This document shows, piece after piece, positions 1-10,555 of a stretch of DNA of 64,000 nucleotides. The DNA comes from Candidatus Anstonellales archaeon (GTDB lineage: Archaea > Micrarchaeota > Micrarchaeia > Anstonellales > J096). The DNA lies in the NCBI GenBank assembly GCA_038890745.1, contig JAWAFD010000001.1:64001-128000 (forward strand), written 5' to 3'. The notes under the pieces are model-generated. The model did not search any database and had not been told where the DNA came from. It worked only from the letters and a program-made list of their open reading frames with translations. A program made the position numbers and the translations under genes. Within the stretch, counting starts at the first letter, position 1. Each line of letters opens with the position of its first letter.

Positions 1-17
1 CTAGCTAAAATCTTTTT

Positions 18-1031
18 ATGAAGATTCTAAATATTAATAACGTTAATAAAAAAGAGTGGGATGGTTTTTTATTGAACAATCCTTATGCTACTTTCTATCA
101 GTCCTATAATTTTGCTATTTTAAATAAAAAATTACTTAATTTAGAACCGTCATTTATTAAATTTGAAGATGAGTCTGGTACCACCATTGGACAACTCTTG
201 CTGCTACTTGGCAAGAATTTCACTCTTACTCGCCATAGCATCTTGGAAGGCTTCTCTCTTTTCCTAACCAAAAGAGTAGTTCCATTTGTCTACTGGCTTG
301 ACGGTCCCATCTGCAGTGAAGGAAAGATGGGGCCAATAATAGATCAACTTGACCTCTACTGCAAAAAACGAGGTTTTGTAGTCAAGAATGCTGTATTACC
401 AACTATTGCTGCTTCTTTGGAAGAAAAATTAAGAGAGATGCATTTTCAAATCAGAAAAAATAGCACCTTTATTGTGGATCTAAATAAAACCGAAGATGAA
501 GCATTCTCTTCACTTACGAAAAAAGCTCGATGGGCCGTAAGGAAAGCTCAAGAAAAAGGCGTGGTCGTTCGATTAGCAGAAGACGATGACTTGGAAGATT
601 ACTACGAATTACTCATCTCCTGGAAAAAAAGTATCGGTCTTAGTACCTATATTAGCTACCAACAACTCAAGAAGCAATGGCAGCTTCTTCATCCTGAAAA
701 CATGCAGGTCTTTCTAGCGTATTGGAATAGAAAACTCGTGGCCGCTATGGGTCTTCTATACTTCAATGGCAATATGATTGAAGTAATGTCCGCCCAATCC
801 GATGTCAATAAGCAAAACAAACTTTTTGCAGGTTATATTCTAAAATGGAGTATCATCCGATGGGGAATAAAAAATTCAATGAAAACCTATGACCTTGCAG
901 GAGTGAATCCAAGGCCAGATGCCACCGAAAAAGAAAAAGCAATTTATCAATTCAAGTCTAAGTGGGGTGGGCTGCTAACTGAAAAATTAGTGCTAACAAA
1001 AAATTATTCTCATCTTCCGTTCATAAAGTAG
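18..1031 (+). CDS. FemAB/FemX-like GNAT-fold aminoacyltransferase
   Basis: WDGFL..NPYATFYQS, TFIVDL...KKARWAVRKAQEKGV, YDLAGV, FKSKWGG motifs typical of the FemABX family. Confidence 0.8.
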   Translation: MKILNINNVNKKEWDGFLLNNPYATFYQSYNFAILNKKLLNLEPSFIKFEDESGTTIGQLLLLLGKNFTLTRHSILEGFSLFLTKRVVPFVYWLDGPICSEGKMGPIIDQLDLYCKKRGFVVKNAVLPTIAASLEEKLREMHFQIRKNSTFIVDLNKTEDEAFSSLTKKARWAVRKAQEKGVVVRLAEDDDLEDYYELLISWKKSIGLSTYISYQQLKKQWQLLHPENMQVFLAYWNRKLVAAMGLLYFNGNMIEVMSAQSDVNKQNKLFAGYILKWSIIRWGIKNSMKTYDLAGVNPRPDATEKEKAIYQFKSKWGGLLTEKLVLTKNYSHLPFIK

Positions 1032-1033
1032 TT

Positions 1034-1693
1034 TTATAGTTTTTTCATTTTGACATAAATGCCTCTACCAAACATATTTGTAAATGGGATATTTGTTAGG
1101 AGATCTAGTATCTGATTAATGTATGGAATCCAAGCGACCCATGCACTTGGTAATATCAATGGATTGTATGTAATAAATTCCTCAACTTCTAATCCGTGCT
1201 TCAAAATTAAGGCGCGCAATTCCCAGGGGAAAAAAGTGTTATTAAAGAAGTAATAAATGTGCAGTCTATTTGGGGTTGTTAAATAGAGTGTTCCGCCTTT
1301 TTTTAATACGCGAACAGCCTCGGCTATTCTTGCATTGCACTCATTTATTGGTATTCCTTCTATCATATTAACCAATAAAACTACGTCAAATGAATTTGTT
1401 TTGTAAGGCAATTTTTTCGCATCGGCCACTCTGAAAACGCCACCAGGTATCTCTTTTTTTGCCATTGTGATTAATTCCGGAGAGATATCTATTCCGTACT
1501 TTTTATTGCTGTTATCTATGAATCTGAGTATCACGCCGATATTACAACCAATATCCAGTACTCGTTTATTCCTTAGGTTGCTCAATTTTTTTATGAGTAA
1601 GAATCTAACATCTAGATCGTCGCCCCAGTAATTCTTTGGGTTTTTGTTCATCCAATAATCTTTTATTTTTTGGCAATACCTATCCATCTCCAT
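1034..1693 (-). CDS. Class I SAM-dependent methyltransferase
   Basis: VLDIGCNIG motif I, GIDIS, ADAKKLPY..SFDVV, RVLKKGG. Confidence 0.85.
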   Translation of the reverse strand: MEMDRYCQKIKDYWMNKNPKNYWGDDLDVRFLLIKKLSNLRNKRVLDIGCNIGVILRFIDNSNKKYGIDISPELITMAKKEIPGGVFRVADAKKLPYKTNSFDVVLLVNMIEGIPINECNARIAEAVRVLKKGGTLYLTTPNRLHIYYFFNNTFFPWELRALILKHGLEVEEFITYNPLILPSAWVAWIPYINQILDLLTNIPFTNMFGRGIYVKMKKL

Positions 1694-1703
1694 CCACTCA
1701 AAT

Positions 1704-2516
1704 CTATTTTGAATAATTTGATCGTTTTAGCAACTGCTCAAGTTTTTTCGTGTTTTCTATTTTTAAATTAATAAGGTTTCTTTCTTTAATATCGCAGGGA
1801 TCAAAATAGAGGTTAAGATGGAGATCCTCTTTCTTGAAAAGGTCAGTTAAGTGATTAAACAAATTATCGAACTCATTTTCGCTATGACCACCTCTGCGAA
1901 ATGAATGATATGTGTCAAACGCTGTGAACGGGTGTTTTGGGCAGATTGCTATTGGAAATTCGATTATTCCCTCTTTTGTCTTGTATGGATATGGTTTTTC
2001 TGCATCTACCGCCAAACAAGAAGAAGAAAAAGAATAACCAGCTTCAATAAGTAATGGGTAGAGGCTAACATCAAACTGAGAACCAAAATGTGGCAACCTA
2101 AATCCCTTCATTTTAAAACCAGTAATCTTCTTAACAACCTCATGGCATTTTGTTATCTCATACAGTTGTTCTTTCCGGTTTAATTGTTTCCAGTACCTTG
2201 GATTAAGCTCTTCATGGTTTGGATGGCTGTAGGTATGATTTAGTAGGCCATGGCCTTCATCAACAATCCGCTTGTATATTTTTGGGTACTGCTCTACCCA
2301 CTTTCCTACAACTGCAAAATCAAACTTTATTTTATCATAGGATGATGCAAAATCCAAAATTTCTGGTATTTTTTTATGATCCTCTCTTGAATCAACATCG
2401 AAAGAAATTGAAACAGCAAATTTCTTCCATCTGGCATATTTGTAAACCTGCTCGAAGATAAATTCGCCGAAGCATCTGTTGAAAAATGCTCTGAGGAATC
2501 TATTTTTTATCTTCAT
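1704..2516 (-). CDS. Polysaccharide deacetylase (NodB/CE4-like)
   Basis: SISFDVD, GHGLLNHTYSHP, GFRLPH motifs. Confidence 0.8.
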   Translation of the reverse strand: MKIKNRFLRAFFNRCFGEFIFEQVYKYARWKKFAVSISFDVDSREDHKKIPEILDFASSYDKIKFDFAVVGKWVEQYPKIYKRIVDEGHGLLNHTYSHPNHEELNPRYWKQLNRKEQLYEITKCHEVVKKITGFKMKGFRLPHFGSQFDVSLYPLLIEAGYSFSSSCLAVDAEKPYPYKTKEGIIEFPIAICPKHPFTAFDTYHSFRRGGHSENEFDNLFNHLTDLFKKEDLHLNLYFDPCDIKERNLINLKIENTKKLEQLLKRSNYSK

Positions 2517-3639
2517 AAAAATTCACCAAAGAGTTTTCAAGCTTCTTGGCTAGGATCTTCCAATCATATCTTTTTACATACTCCTTCGCATTTTTTTCTA
2601 TTCTCATCTTATCTCTTCTTTTCATTTTATAAATTTGATATATTTTTTCTGAAATGTCTCTTGGGTTCATAGGTTCTGCAACAATGCAGGCTCTGCTTTC
2701 TTTAGCTATTCTTTTTAAAACTGGTATTTTGGTGACAACGCAAGGTTTCCCAATTGCAAGGTATTCTATTATTTTTAATGGTAGGTTTGTTCTAAACTCC
2801 CTCCCAGAAGGGAATGGAGCAACTAAAACATCACAACAGGAAAGTTTTTTGTATAGTTTTCTCTGCAGTATAAATCCAGTAAAGATAATCTTATCCTGGA
2901 TCCCAAGTTTACGGGAAAGAATTTCTAGTTTCTTTCTTTCTCTCCCATCACCAAAAATTAATAACTGTGAATTTTTCATTTTTTTAAGGAAATAATAGAA
3001 AGCTTCTATCAGATAGGAAACGCCATGCTGGGGAGTAAGAGAACCCGAAAAACCAATCAAAAACAGGTGTTTTGTTTTTTTATGACATCTGAATTTTGAT
3101 AAATATCTTATATCTGCACCATTCTCAACCACAACAACATTTTTGTTGTATTTCTTTATATATGACTTCATCTCTGGGCTTGTAGCGATTACAAAATCAG
3201 CAATTAGGTACATGCATTTTTCATACGCGCCATAGATAGGGTTTGATGCTATATCGTGCACATCCAGTATCAATGGTTTGTTTAAAATCTTAGACAAAAA
3301 GAATGCTTCTATACCCACGCAATGGAATGGATGGAATTCTGCGATTATTATATCTGAATTTTTAGATTCCTGTAAAGCTGTAAAAAAACGAAATGGCAGA
3401 AAAAATCTTGTAAAAAAATGGAACGGAGCTATGCAAGGGGAGTAAATTATTTGAAGGTTTCCAAGTCTACGTTTTATGGTTTTTAAAGATAGGGTTTTTT
3501 GTGTAATTATTTTAATTTTATGTTTATTCGACAATCTTTTGTAGAGTTGGTATATTCTCCATTCAGCGCCGTAGCCTTTTTGTATAATTTTCCCTCTTTC
3601 GTAGGGAAAAAAATATCTGGTGAGAACTGCGATCTTCAT
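2500..3639 (-). CDS. Glycosyltransferase family 4
   Basis: GT-B signatures ENGAD, FSGSL, GDG, PLKIIEYLAIGKPCV. Confidence 0.9.
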   Translation of the reverse strand: MKIAVLTRYFFPYERGKIIQKGYGAEWRIYQLYKRLSNKHKIKIITQKTLSLKTIKRRLGNLQIIYSPCIAPFHFFTRFFLPFRFFTALQESKNSDIIIAEFHPFHCVGIEAFFLSKILNKPLILDVHDIASNPIYGAYEKCMYLIADFVIATSPEMKSYIKKYNKNVVVVENGADIRYLSKFRCHKKTKHLFLIGFSGSLTPQHGVSYLIEAFYYFLKKMKNSQLLIFGDGRERKKLEILSRKLGIQDKIIFTGFILQRKLYKKLSCCDVLVAPFPSGREFRTNLPLKIIEYLAIGKPCVVTKIPVLKRIAKESRACIVAEPMNPRDISEKIYQIYKMKRRDKMRIEKNAKEYVKRYDWKILAKKLENSLVNFYEDKK

Positions 3640-3643
3640 TTTC

Positions 3644-4678
3644 TCACTCTATCTTTGATTTAAGGATTTTAATTATTCTTTTAGCAGTTTTTCCATCTCC
3701 ATATGGATTCTTAGCTCTTCTCATGCGCGCCCCAAGGTCGCCTTCGATTATCTGTTTTGCGTAAAAATTAATGAGTAGGGGGTCTAGGCCAACAACAAAA
3801 TTTCCCCCATTAATTACAGTTTCCCATCTTTCTGTACTCTCCCTTAGAGTGAGACATGGGATGTGCAGGGTAATTGCTTCTTCTTGTACGCCACCAGAAT
3901 CTGTAAGTACAAGCTGAGCCCCTTTTAGCAAGGATAAAAATTCTAGATAACCAACGGGTTTTATGAGCTTTACATTTTTTGGTATTTTAAACTGGAATTT
4001 TTTTATATTTTTCATTGTGCGTGGATGAATTGGGTAGATAACTTTTGGAAATTGAGACAATGCATCTAGTATTTTCATAAGCCTTCTTGGATAATCAACA
4101 TTTTCTTGCCTATGTGCTGTAACTAAAATATATTTTCCTTTGTGTGGTTTAACCCTTTTGGAATATTTTAGACAGGCATCGACAACGAGATTGCCAACTA
4201 CAAAAACATTTTTTCTTATTCCTTCTTTTGCCAATTGTTTTCTGCATAATTCAGTTGGAGCAAAAAGGATATCAGAGCGATGGTCCGTTTCAACACGGTT
4301 TCTTTCTTCAGGCATTCTTTCATCATAACTTCTCAATCCTGCTTCGAAATGGATCAGTTTTTTCCCTAATCTTTTTGCAGCTCTGGCACTCGCAAGGGTT
4401 GAATTCGTATCGCCGTAAACTGCGATATACTGTGAGGTGTCTTTTCTAAGAGTCTGGTAGGTGCTCAACTCGAGTTTTCTTATGTTGGATGTCTTTAGTT
4501 TAAGAAAAGTATCCGGTCGTCTGATTCTAAGTTCATCAAAAAACACATCCACCATATCCTTGGAATAATGCTGAGAGGTAAAAATCAATGTGTGGTTAAA
4601 ATACTTATCGAGAAGTGGGATAAGTGGCGCCATTTTTACTATCTCTGGCCTTGTACCAATAATCGTGGTTATTTGCAT
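3644..4678 (-). CDS. wecB: UDP-N-acetylglucosamine 2-epimerase (non-hydrolysing)
   Basis: GTRPEIVKMAP, GDTNS, HFEAGLRS, MPEERNR, HRQEN, TDSGGVQEEA. Confidence 0.95.
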   Translation of the reverse strand: MQITTIIGTRPEIVKMAPLIPLLDKYFNHTLIFTSQHYSKDMVDVFFDELRIRRPDTFLKLKTSNIRKLELSTYQTLRKDTSQYIAVYGDTNSTLASARAAKRLGKKLIHFEAGLRSYDERMPEERNRVETDHRSDILFAPTELCRKQLAKEGIRKNVFVVGNLVVDACLKYSKRVKPHKGKYILVTAHRQENVDYPRRLMKILDALSQFPKVIYPIHPRTMKNIKKFQFKIPKNVKLIKPVGYLEFLSLLKGAQLVLTDSGGVQEEAITLHIPCLTLRESTERWETVINGGNFVVGLDPLLINFYAKQIIEGDLGARMRRAKNPYGDGKTAKRIIKILKSKIE

Positions 4679-4737
4679 ACGATATTGATGGGAAGAGAAT
4701 ATTTTAAAACTATCCTTGTTTAGTTAGATAGAGAATT

Positions 4738-6210
4738 ATGAGTTTTGTGAAAGATACGATGTGGGGCAGCATGACTGCTTTTGCTTCAAGGGCGCTTAAT
4801 TTTTTGTTCCAAATAATCATACTCTGGCTGCTCATACCTGAAGATGCGGCCGCGTACTTTATTGCATTGTCTGTTTCCTATCTTTTGCTTTTACCCACTA
4901 CATATTTGCTATCTCCAATAGTTGCAAGGTACATACCGTATTACGAAGGAAAAGGAGAAAGAAAAAAATCAAAGACAATATTTATAACAAGCATAGTTTT
5001 CTCGGTGTTTTTTGGTCTGCTGGCTTTGGTTTTGCTTTTTGGTATGGAGGATGTTGTCGGAAGCATCTACACGGTGTTAAGCGGGAAAATACTTTTTGTA
5101 GGGCTTATAACATTTGCGATGAGTATATGGACGGAGATATATGATAATTTATTTGCACATTTTCTTTTCAAAGAAAATTTTTATGCAAACATGATTCAAT
5201 CGCTGGTAAAATTAGGAGGCGTTGCTTTAATCTTTTTAATTGGAATGGATATGAATTTTGAATGGGTCGCTATTGTTACTATTTTGTCCCTTCTGATATC
5301 ATCATTCTACGGTTTTATCAAACTGCACAGATTAAACACGCCGTATGAACTGGAGTTTTTCAATATGAAGGAGATACTCAGCAAATTAAAATTCTCACTC
5401 TCAGGTTCAATCATGTATGCAAAAAGCCTTTCTTTGACTTGGTTGGACACGAATATATTGGGATACTACAATCCGGCAAGGGATGTAAGTGGGTACAACG
5501 CAACCGCAGGAATCGCAAGAAATTTCATTAACATAATCACCTCTTCTTTGAGTTCTGCTGTTCTTCCGCATGTTTCTAAAAAAATAGGCAAGGGAGAGAA
5601 TGGAGAATTTATTTTTAGGGAAATAACCCGCGCAGGGATATACGTAGCCATTTTCGCTACTATTCTGCTTGCCCTGCTTTCGAACGAGATAACTGCTCTT
5701 TTTTTCCCAAAATACACGGACTACTCTTCACTCATAACACTTAATGCGATAGGTTTCGTGGCTTTTTCTCTTTCGTCCATATTCCGATCGTTTATAATGG
5801 CACTAAGATGGGCTAAACCGCTTTTCTATATCGCTGTTTTTTCAATCGTAGCAAGTGTAGTATTATATTTCACTCTTATTCCCATTTACGGTGTGGTGGG
5901 CGCGGTTGCTGCTACCATAACGGTATATATAATCGAGTTGGCTATAAGCGCATATTACGTTTCAAAAGAGTATAGGTTAGTGTACCGAGATATAATTAAA
6001 CCCATAGCGAGTGGTATTGCTGTTCTCCTATCCGCATTTTTGGTGTATCAAATATTTTACCCGTGGAATTTCATAATAAGATTGGTTTTAGTATCTTTTA
6101 CCGCAACAATCATGTTCGTAGCATGCATAGTTTTATTTGAAAATGACTGGGTAAGAATGATCTGGAAAAAAGTCAAATCAATTAAAACCTTTCCCCTCAA
6201 ACCAAACTGA
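4738..6210 (+). CDS. Wzx-like oligosaccharide flippase
   Basis: 490 aa, many TM segments, LIPIYGVVGAVAAT motif, glycosylation gene context. Confidence 0.85.
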   Translation: MSFVKDTMWGSMTAFASRALNFLFQIIILWLLIPEDAAAYFIALSVSYLLLLPTTYLLSPIVARYIPYYEGKGERKKSKTIFITSIVFSVFFGLLALVLLFGMEDVVGSIYTVLSGKILFVGLITFAMSIWTEIYDNLFAHFLFKENFYANMIQSLVKLGGVALIFLIGMDMNFEWVAIVTILSLLISSFYGFIKLHRLNTPYELEFFNMKEILSKLKFSLSGSIMYAKSLSLTWLDTNILGYYNPARDVSGYNATAGIARNFINIITSSLSSAVLPHVSKKIGKGENGEFIFREITRAGIYVAIFATILLALLSNEITALFFPKYTDYSSLITLNAIGFVAFSLSSIFRSFIMALRWAKPLFYIAVFSIVASVVLYFTLIPIYGVVGAVAATITVYIIELAISAYYVSKEYRLVYRDIIKPIASGIAVLLSAFLVYQIFYPWNFIIRLVLVSFTATIMFVACIVLFENDWVRMIWKKVKSIKTFPLKPN

Positions 6211-8018
6211 TGAAAATTACGCTTGAAAAAATAATTTTGGTGGGGCTGGTAGCTATCTATCTAATTATACTTCTTCCACACCTGGGCCAGCTTAAAACCC
6301 TTCCTTCCCCTCTCTACGGTGGGGATTACTACCATCAGATGGGACAAATCTATCACATGTATGAAACCTCTCCATTTGAATGGTTTGGAAGCAGTAATGG
6401 GCTTGGGGAAAGGCCGGGCTATTTTCCGATTTATGGAATTCTGGTGACTATTTTTGGGAAAATTTTTGGGTTGGAGCCGTTCTATGCTATGATCTATTTT
6501 AACATAATCGCACTGCCGGTTTCTGCGGTGGCGATTTTTCTACTGATAAACAAAATTTTCAAAAACGAAAGCATTTGTTTAACTGGTGTTCTGCTCTACC
6601 TCACCACTTACTCATTTCCGATATTTAAATATACTGAGTTCACAAAATGGGTTGTTGTTCCTGTGTTTTTTTATTTTTTGTATAAATTTTATGAAAAGAC
6701 AGAAATGAAAAACGCTATTTTTCTTGGATTGGCTTATGGAGTGATGGGGCTGAGCCACAGCACCGCTTTTATTTTTGCAACCCTCGCAATAGTTGGAATA
6801 GGAGCATACATATTATGGAAGAATAAAGAAATAAATGCAGCAATTACAGAAAATAAAAAAAATATTTTTGCAGCTTTGGTCTTGGGGTTTGTTATTTCGC
6901 AAATTTATTGGTTTGAACCTATATTTATTTATCATGGAAACAATGAATTGAAAAGCAATATATGGAGCCTTCCGGATTATGGAAACCTGGATTATATGGT
7001 AAGGACTGCGGTTGAGATGTTTGTTGATGTGTTTTTGAATTTTAACACTCTGATAGATGGAATTAGGTCGCTTGCGATAATATTCGGCTTTTATGTAATA
7101 CTCTCAAAAAAAGCATGGATTGAGAACGAGTTTATAATTATTGTCCTGGTTGTTTCGCTTGCACTTACCTATTCTTATTTTCTAACAATGCCTCTGATGG
7201 ATATTCACCTAGTTCCAGGATATTGCGCGGACCTCTACCTTAAATTTTCCGCGCTGCTTATAGGAATGGTTGGAGTAAAAGAAGTTTTTGAAAAATATGG
7301 GCAGAACAAAATAATTACTTATTCTGCGATTGCTATTCTTATGCTTCTTTCAATAATCCAAATGGCTGAGATTGTAAAAAATAAGGAAAATGAGCAATGG
7401 TTTTCGGTTGGAAAAGACGAGTTGCCAGTGTATGTGGAGGAAATGCAAAAATGGGTTTTGAAAAATACAAATATAAACGATGTAATTTTAACAAGTAATG
7501 AAATTGGTTTTGAGGTGAATGCGCTTACTGGAAGAAAATTGGTTGTTTCAAGAAGGGCGCAGAACGATGCGTTTATGCAGGATTTTGATAGAAGGCAGAT
7601 GGATGCGGCAATAATTCTTTATGGAAACAATGATGAAAAACGAAAAGAACTGCTGAGAAAATATAACGTCAAATATGTATACTATGAAGCGACCTGGCCT
7701 GGAAGCGAGTTTTATTTTGATGAAACCGGAAAATTGACTGGATATTTTGACCCCTTGATGGTTGTTTACTCTGAAGAAAAGGAAAACGAGCTAAAAAGGT
7801 ATGGTGTAAAATATTTTAGGATTAGGGGATGGCTGGATCCCGCGGTGCGTGGGATTGATGTGAGGATGTATGATTTGCTTATTGTTTCCCCGGAAAATTA
7901 TGATGATGGTGGGTATGGAATTTGGAGCGATGAATTGGACAAATATTTGGAAAAGGTTTGGAGCTACGAGCAAAATGGAATTTTGTATGGAGCAATGTAT
8001 AGGGTAAATATGGGTTAG
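6210..8018 (+). CDS. Polytopic membrane protein, possibly GT-C-fold glycosyltransferase
   Basis: N-terminal TM then GGDYYHQ acidic loop, multiple TMs, soluble C-terminal domain (ELLRKYNVKYVY). Confidence 0.5.
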   Translation: MKITLEKIILVGLVAIYLIILLPHLGQLKTLPSPLYGGDYYHQMGQIYHMYETSPFEWFGSSNGLGERPGYFPIYGILVTIFGKIFGLEPFYAMIYFNIIALPVSAVAIFLLINKIFKNESICLTGVLLYLTTYSFPIFKYTEFTKWVVVPVFFYFLYKFYEKTEMKNAIFLGLAYGVMGLSHSTAFIFATLAIVGIGAYILWKNKEINAAITENKKNIFAALVLGFVISQIYWFEPIFIYHGNNELKSNIWSLPDYGNLDYMVRTAVEMFVDVFLNFNTLIDGIRSLAIIFGFYVILSKKAWIENEFIIIVLVVSLALTYSYFLTMPLMDIHLVPGYCADLYLKFSALLIGMVGVKEVFEKYGQNKIITYSAIAILMLLSIIQMAEIVKNKENEQWFSVGKDELPVYVEEMQKWVLKNTNINDVILTSNEIGFEVNALTGRKLVVSRRAQNDAFMQDFDRRQMDAAIILYGNNDEKRKELLRKYNVKYVYYEATWPGSEFYFDETGKLTGYFDPLMVVYSEEKENELKRYGVKYFRIRGWLDPAVRGIDVRMYDLLIVSPENYDDGGYGIWSDELDKYLEKVWSYEQNGILYGAMYRVNMG

Positions 8019-8067
8019 GCTTAAGATTACTTTTAAATAACTTTGCGAAGTTATGTGATTTGGTAAG

Positions 8068-8712
8068 GTGAGCAGATTGCGTATTGAAATTGTTCCCGCC
8101 ATACTTGTAAAAAGCAGAGAAGAGCTTCTCAAAAAAATAGAAATTGTAAAACCATACGTAAAGAAAGTGCAGATAGATGTGATGGATGGGGTTTTTGTTC
8201 CAAACAAAACGATAGGGATAGAGGAGTTGAGGGAGCTGCCGAAGGGGATAGGGTATGAGTTTCATTGGATGGTAAACGAACCTGAGAAATGGATGGAAAA
8301 AATAAAAGGAAATTTTTTGCATTCTGTTCATATTGAGGCAAAAATGAACTTTGAAAGGGTGAAAGAGGTTGCAAAAAGGAATGGCGGGAGGGTTGGGATA
8401 GCAATAAACCCGCCAACAGCGGCGGGAAAGATTTTTGAGTATGAGGGGTTTGAGGAGATAATGGTGATGGCGGTTAATCCTGGTTTTTCAAATCAAAAGT
8501 ATATCGAAAGCGTGGAGGAAAAGATAAGGATTTTAAGGAGTAGGTATCCAAAACTCAATATTTCTGTTGATGGGGGGATAAATGTTGAAACTATTGGAAG
8601 GGCAGCGAGGGCCGGTGCGAATAAATTTTATGCAGCAAGCGCAATATTTTCAGCAGACAACCCTAGGGAAGCAATAGAAAAACTAAGGAAAGAGGCGGAA
8701 AAACATGCCTAG
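8068..8712 (+). CDS. rpe: Ribulose-phosphate 3-epimerase
   Basis: QIDVMDGVFVPN, HWMV, MAVNPGFSNQ, VDGGIN; GTG start. Confidence 0.92.
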   Translation: MSRLRIEIVPAILVKSREELLKKIEIVKPYVKKVQIDVMDGVFVPNKTIGIEELRELPKGIGYEFHWMVNEPEKWMEKIKGNFLHSVHIEAKMNFERVKEVAKRNGGRVGIAINPPTAAGKIFEYEGFEEIMVMAVNPGFSNQKYIESVEEKIRILRSRYPKLNISVDGGINVETIGRAARAGANKFYAASAIFSADNPREAIEKLRKEAEKHA

Positions 8713-9559
8713 AATGAGAATGAGTGTTAAGGAGATAAAACTGATGGCGAATACAATAAGGCAGGATGTGATAAGGATGCTTCTGGAGGCGAAATCAGGC
8801 CACAGCGCGGGGAGCATAGGGCTTGCGGATATTTTTGCTGCGCTTTATTTTAATGTAATGTACCATGACCCGAAAAATCCTGAATGGGAGGGAAGGGATA
8901 GGCTTGTTTTGAGCAATGGGCATGTCTGCCCTGTTCTTTATGCCACGCTTGCGAACGCAGGGTATTTTCCAAAAGAGGAGCTGCTTACTTTGAGAAAATT
9001 AGGGTCAAGGTTGCAGGGGCATCCGCATAGAGGGAGTTTGCCTGGAATAGAAAACACGAGCGGTTCTCTCGGGCAGGGGTTGAGCATAGCTGTTGGAATG
9101 GCATTGGTTGCGAAGAGGGAGAATAAGAGATGGAGGGTGTATTGCATTGCGAGCGATGGGGAGCACAATGAAGGGCAAATTTGGGAAGCGGTCTTGTTAG
9201 GCGCAAAATACAACCTCGGAAATCTTACCGTTATAATAGATAGGAACAATATCCAGATAGATGGGTTTACTGAGGATGTTCTACCTTTGGAGCCGTTTGC
9301 AGAAAAATACAGGAGTTTTGGATGGAATGTTGTTGAGATAGATGGGCACAATATACGGGAGATAATAGATGCATGCGAAAGGAGCAGGGCTATGTTCAAC
9401 AAGCCAACAGCAATAATTGCGCACACCATACCCGGAAAGGGGATTCCTTACATGGAGTTTTTGAGCGAATGGCACGGAAAATCACCAACAAAGGAGCAGG
9501 CTGAGGAAGCGATAAAACTGCTTGAGGAAGAAAGGAAAGAGATTGAGGAGGAGAAGTAG
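8705..9559 (+). CDS. Transketolase, N-terminal (TPP-binding) subunit
   Basis: SGHSAGS, DRLVLSNGH, LQGHP, GSLGQGLS, SDGEHNEG. Confidence 0.95.
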   Translation: MPRMRMSVKEIKLMANTIRQDVIRMLLEAKSGHSAGSIGLADIFAALYFNVMYHDPKNPEWEGRDRLVLSNGHVCPVLYATLANAGYFPKEELLTLRKLGSRLQGHPHRGSLPGIENTSGSLGQGLSIAVGMALVAKRENKRWRVYCIASDGEHNEGQIWEAVLLGAKYNLGNLTVIIDRNNIQIDGFTEDVLPLEPFAEKYRSFGWNVVEIDGHNIREIIDACERSRAMFNKPTAIIAHTIPGKGIPYMEFLSEWHGKSPTKEQAEEAIKLLEEERKEIEEEK

Positions 9560-10546
9560 ATGGGAATCGTTAAGGAGATGAAACTAATTGAGGATGTGCT
9601 AAACCCAAAGGAATCTTTACCAAGCAGGGATGGGTTTGGGAAGGCGCTTGTAGAATTGGGAGAGAAAAACCCTAATGTTTGGGTTCTAACTGCTGATGTT
9701 AATGAATCTGCAAGAACGCATTGGTTTTCTGAAAAATTCCCAAAAAGGTTTGTGCAGGTTGGAATATCTGAGCAGAATATGGCTGGTGTTGCTGCCGGGA
9801 TTGCATCCTGCGGAAAAACTGTTTTTATCTCGAGCTATGGTGTGTTTAACCCCGGGAGGAATTTTGACCAGGTAAGGGTAAGCATATGCTACAACAATAC
9901 GAATGTAATCTTGCATGGCTCCCATACTGGTTTGACTGTTGGGCCGGATGGAGCAACGCACCAAGCATTAGAGGACATCGCGATGGTAAGGGTTCTTCCG
10001 AATATGACTGTTGTTGCACCGGCAGATTATGAAGAGGCCAGGAAGGCAACGCTTGCTTTGGGGGAGAAGGGAGGGCCAGCATACATAAGAACAGCAAGGG
10101 AAAAGCTTCCTGTATTCACAACCCCTGAAACCCCTTTTGAGATTGGAAAAGCAAATGTTTATAGGGAAGGAAAGGACATTGCAATCTTTGCAATAGGACC
10201 AATGGTGTATGAAAGTTTGGTCGCTGCTGAGAAGCTGGGTAGAGAAGGGGTGGATTGCGCGGTTATTGATTGCCATACTATAAAACCGATAGATAAAAAA
10301 ACAATTGTGGAATGGGCGAAAAAAACAGGTTTGATTCTGACTGTTGAGGAGCATCAGATAAACGGGGGGATGGGAAGCGCTATCTGCGAGGTTATTTCTG
10401 AGGAATACCCCTGCAAGGTTATAAGGCATGGGGTATATAATAAATTCTGCGAGAGCGGAAGTGCAAAGGAGCTTTTAAGAAAGTATGAGTTGGATGCTGA
10501 TGGGATTGCGAAAAAAATAAAGGAAGCAATAAAAATGAAAAAATGA
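9560..10546 (+). CDS. Transketolase, C-terminal subunit
   Basis: GISEQNM, GPDGATHQALED, TVEEHQINGGMG. Confidence 0.95.
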   Translation: MGIVKEMKLIEDVLNPKESLPSRDGFGKALVELGEKNPNVWVLTADVNESARTHWFSEKFPKRFVQVGISEQNMAGVAAGIASCGKTVFISSYGVFNPGRNFDQVRVSICYNNTNVILHGSHTGLTVGPDGATHQALEDIAMVRVLPNMTVVAPADYEEARKATLALGEKGGPAYIRTAREKLPVFTTPETPFEIGKANVYREGKDIAIFAIGPMVYESLVAAEKLGREGVDCAVIDCHTIKPIDKKTIVEWAKKTGLILTVEEHQINGGMGSAICEVISEEYPCKVIRHGVYNKFCESGSAKELLRKYELDADGIAKKIKEAIKMKK

Positions 10547-10555
10547 GGGGAGAGG

